Both the position numbers and the translations under genes were made by a program. A DNA stretch of 64,000 nucleotides from Oscillospiraceae bacterium (GTDB taxonomy: Bacteria; Bacillota; Clostridia; Oscillospirales; CAG-272). The notes beneath the pieces were generated by a model. That model was not told the origin of the DNA. It saw only the letters and a list, made by a program, of their open reading frames with translations, and did no database searches. The DNA lies in contig SVTP01000001.1 in assembly GCA_015063725.1 (NCBI GenBank), forward strand, positions 38,410 through 102,409. The letters are read 5' to 3'. Positions 63,982 through 64,000 of the stretch are shown here, piece by piece (the stretch's first letter is position 1; the number at the start of each line of letters is the position of its first letter).

Positions 63982-64000
63982 ATGGAAAACGAAAACAAAA
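63982..64000 (+). CDS. 5' end of an unidentified CDS (runs off the window)
   Basis: ATG 63982 (MENENK...) is preceded by a GAGGAG RBS. Only 19 nt are visible, so no product call is possible. Confidence 0.3.

Noticed and set aside
1-64000. I looked for CRISPR arrays, IS elements or transposases, integrases or recombinases, prophage structural genes, toxin-antitoxin pairs, restriction-modification genes and other recognisable defence genes, and for rRNA/tRNA genes.
   Set aside because: None found by eye. The only repeats are the ssrA-end copies, a 21-bp duplication and the TTPxx codon repeats. The only RNA gene is tmRNA. I cannot exclude small or highly divergent elements without a search.

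Overview
This is a 64-kb chromosomal segment with the gene content and order of a Gram-positive anaerobe. It looks Clostridia-like (IspH-S1 fusion, mcsA-mcsB-clpC, ylmC/ymxH, DUF1540, ecfA1-ecfA2-ecfT-truA), but that placement is inference only. The window is almost fully coding: about 56 CDS plus one tmRNA gene. I found no rRNA, tRNA, CRISPR array, transposase or integrase gene. Most of it is core housekeeping. Proteostasis genes include tig, clpP, clpX, mcsA, mcsB, clpC and a zinc-finger clpE-type ATPase. Other core genes are greA, rpsB-tsf, ispH/rpsA, cmk, dxs, purC, pckG, truA, rsmE, ruvC and the ECF transporter module. There is also a five-gene Na+-pumping biotin decarboxylase operon. Many genes carry near-consensus sigma-A promoters (TTGACA-17-TATAAT, often with a TRTG extended -10) and clear hairpin terminators. 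I see no obvious large novel multi-gene system such as a defence island. Six items seem most worth a second look. (1) A P-type-ATPase homologue has every catalytic motif degenerate and sits 21 nt downstream of clpE. (2) A roughly 190-nt leader, with its own consensus promoter and a terminator/antiterminator arrangement, lies upstream of an unknown lipoprotein. (3) Stacked copies of the tmRNA 3' end sit directly beside an orphan multi-pass membrane protein gene. (4) An exported, lipoprotein-anchored trigger-factor paralogue is present. (5) A 293-aa protein contains 25 Cys, including a CCCCCC run. (6) The decarboxylase operon carries two different carboxyltransferases. All functional calls rest on my own recognition of protein motifs. 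No database search was run.
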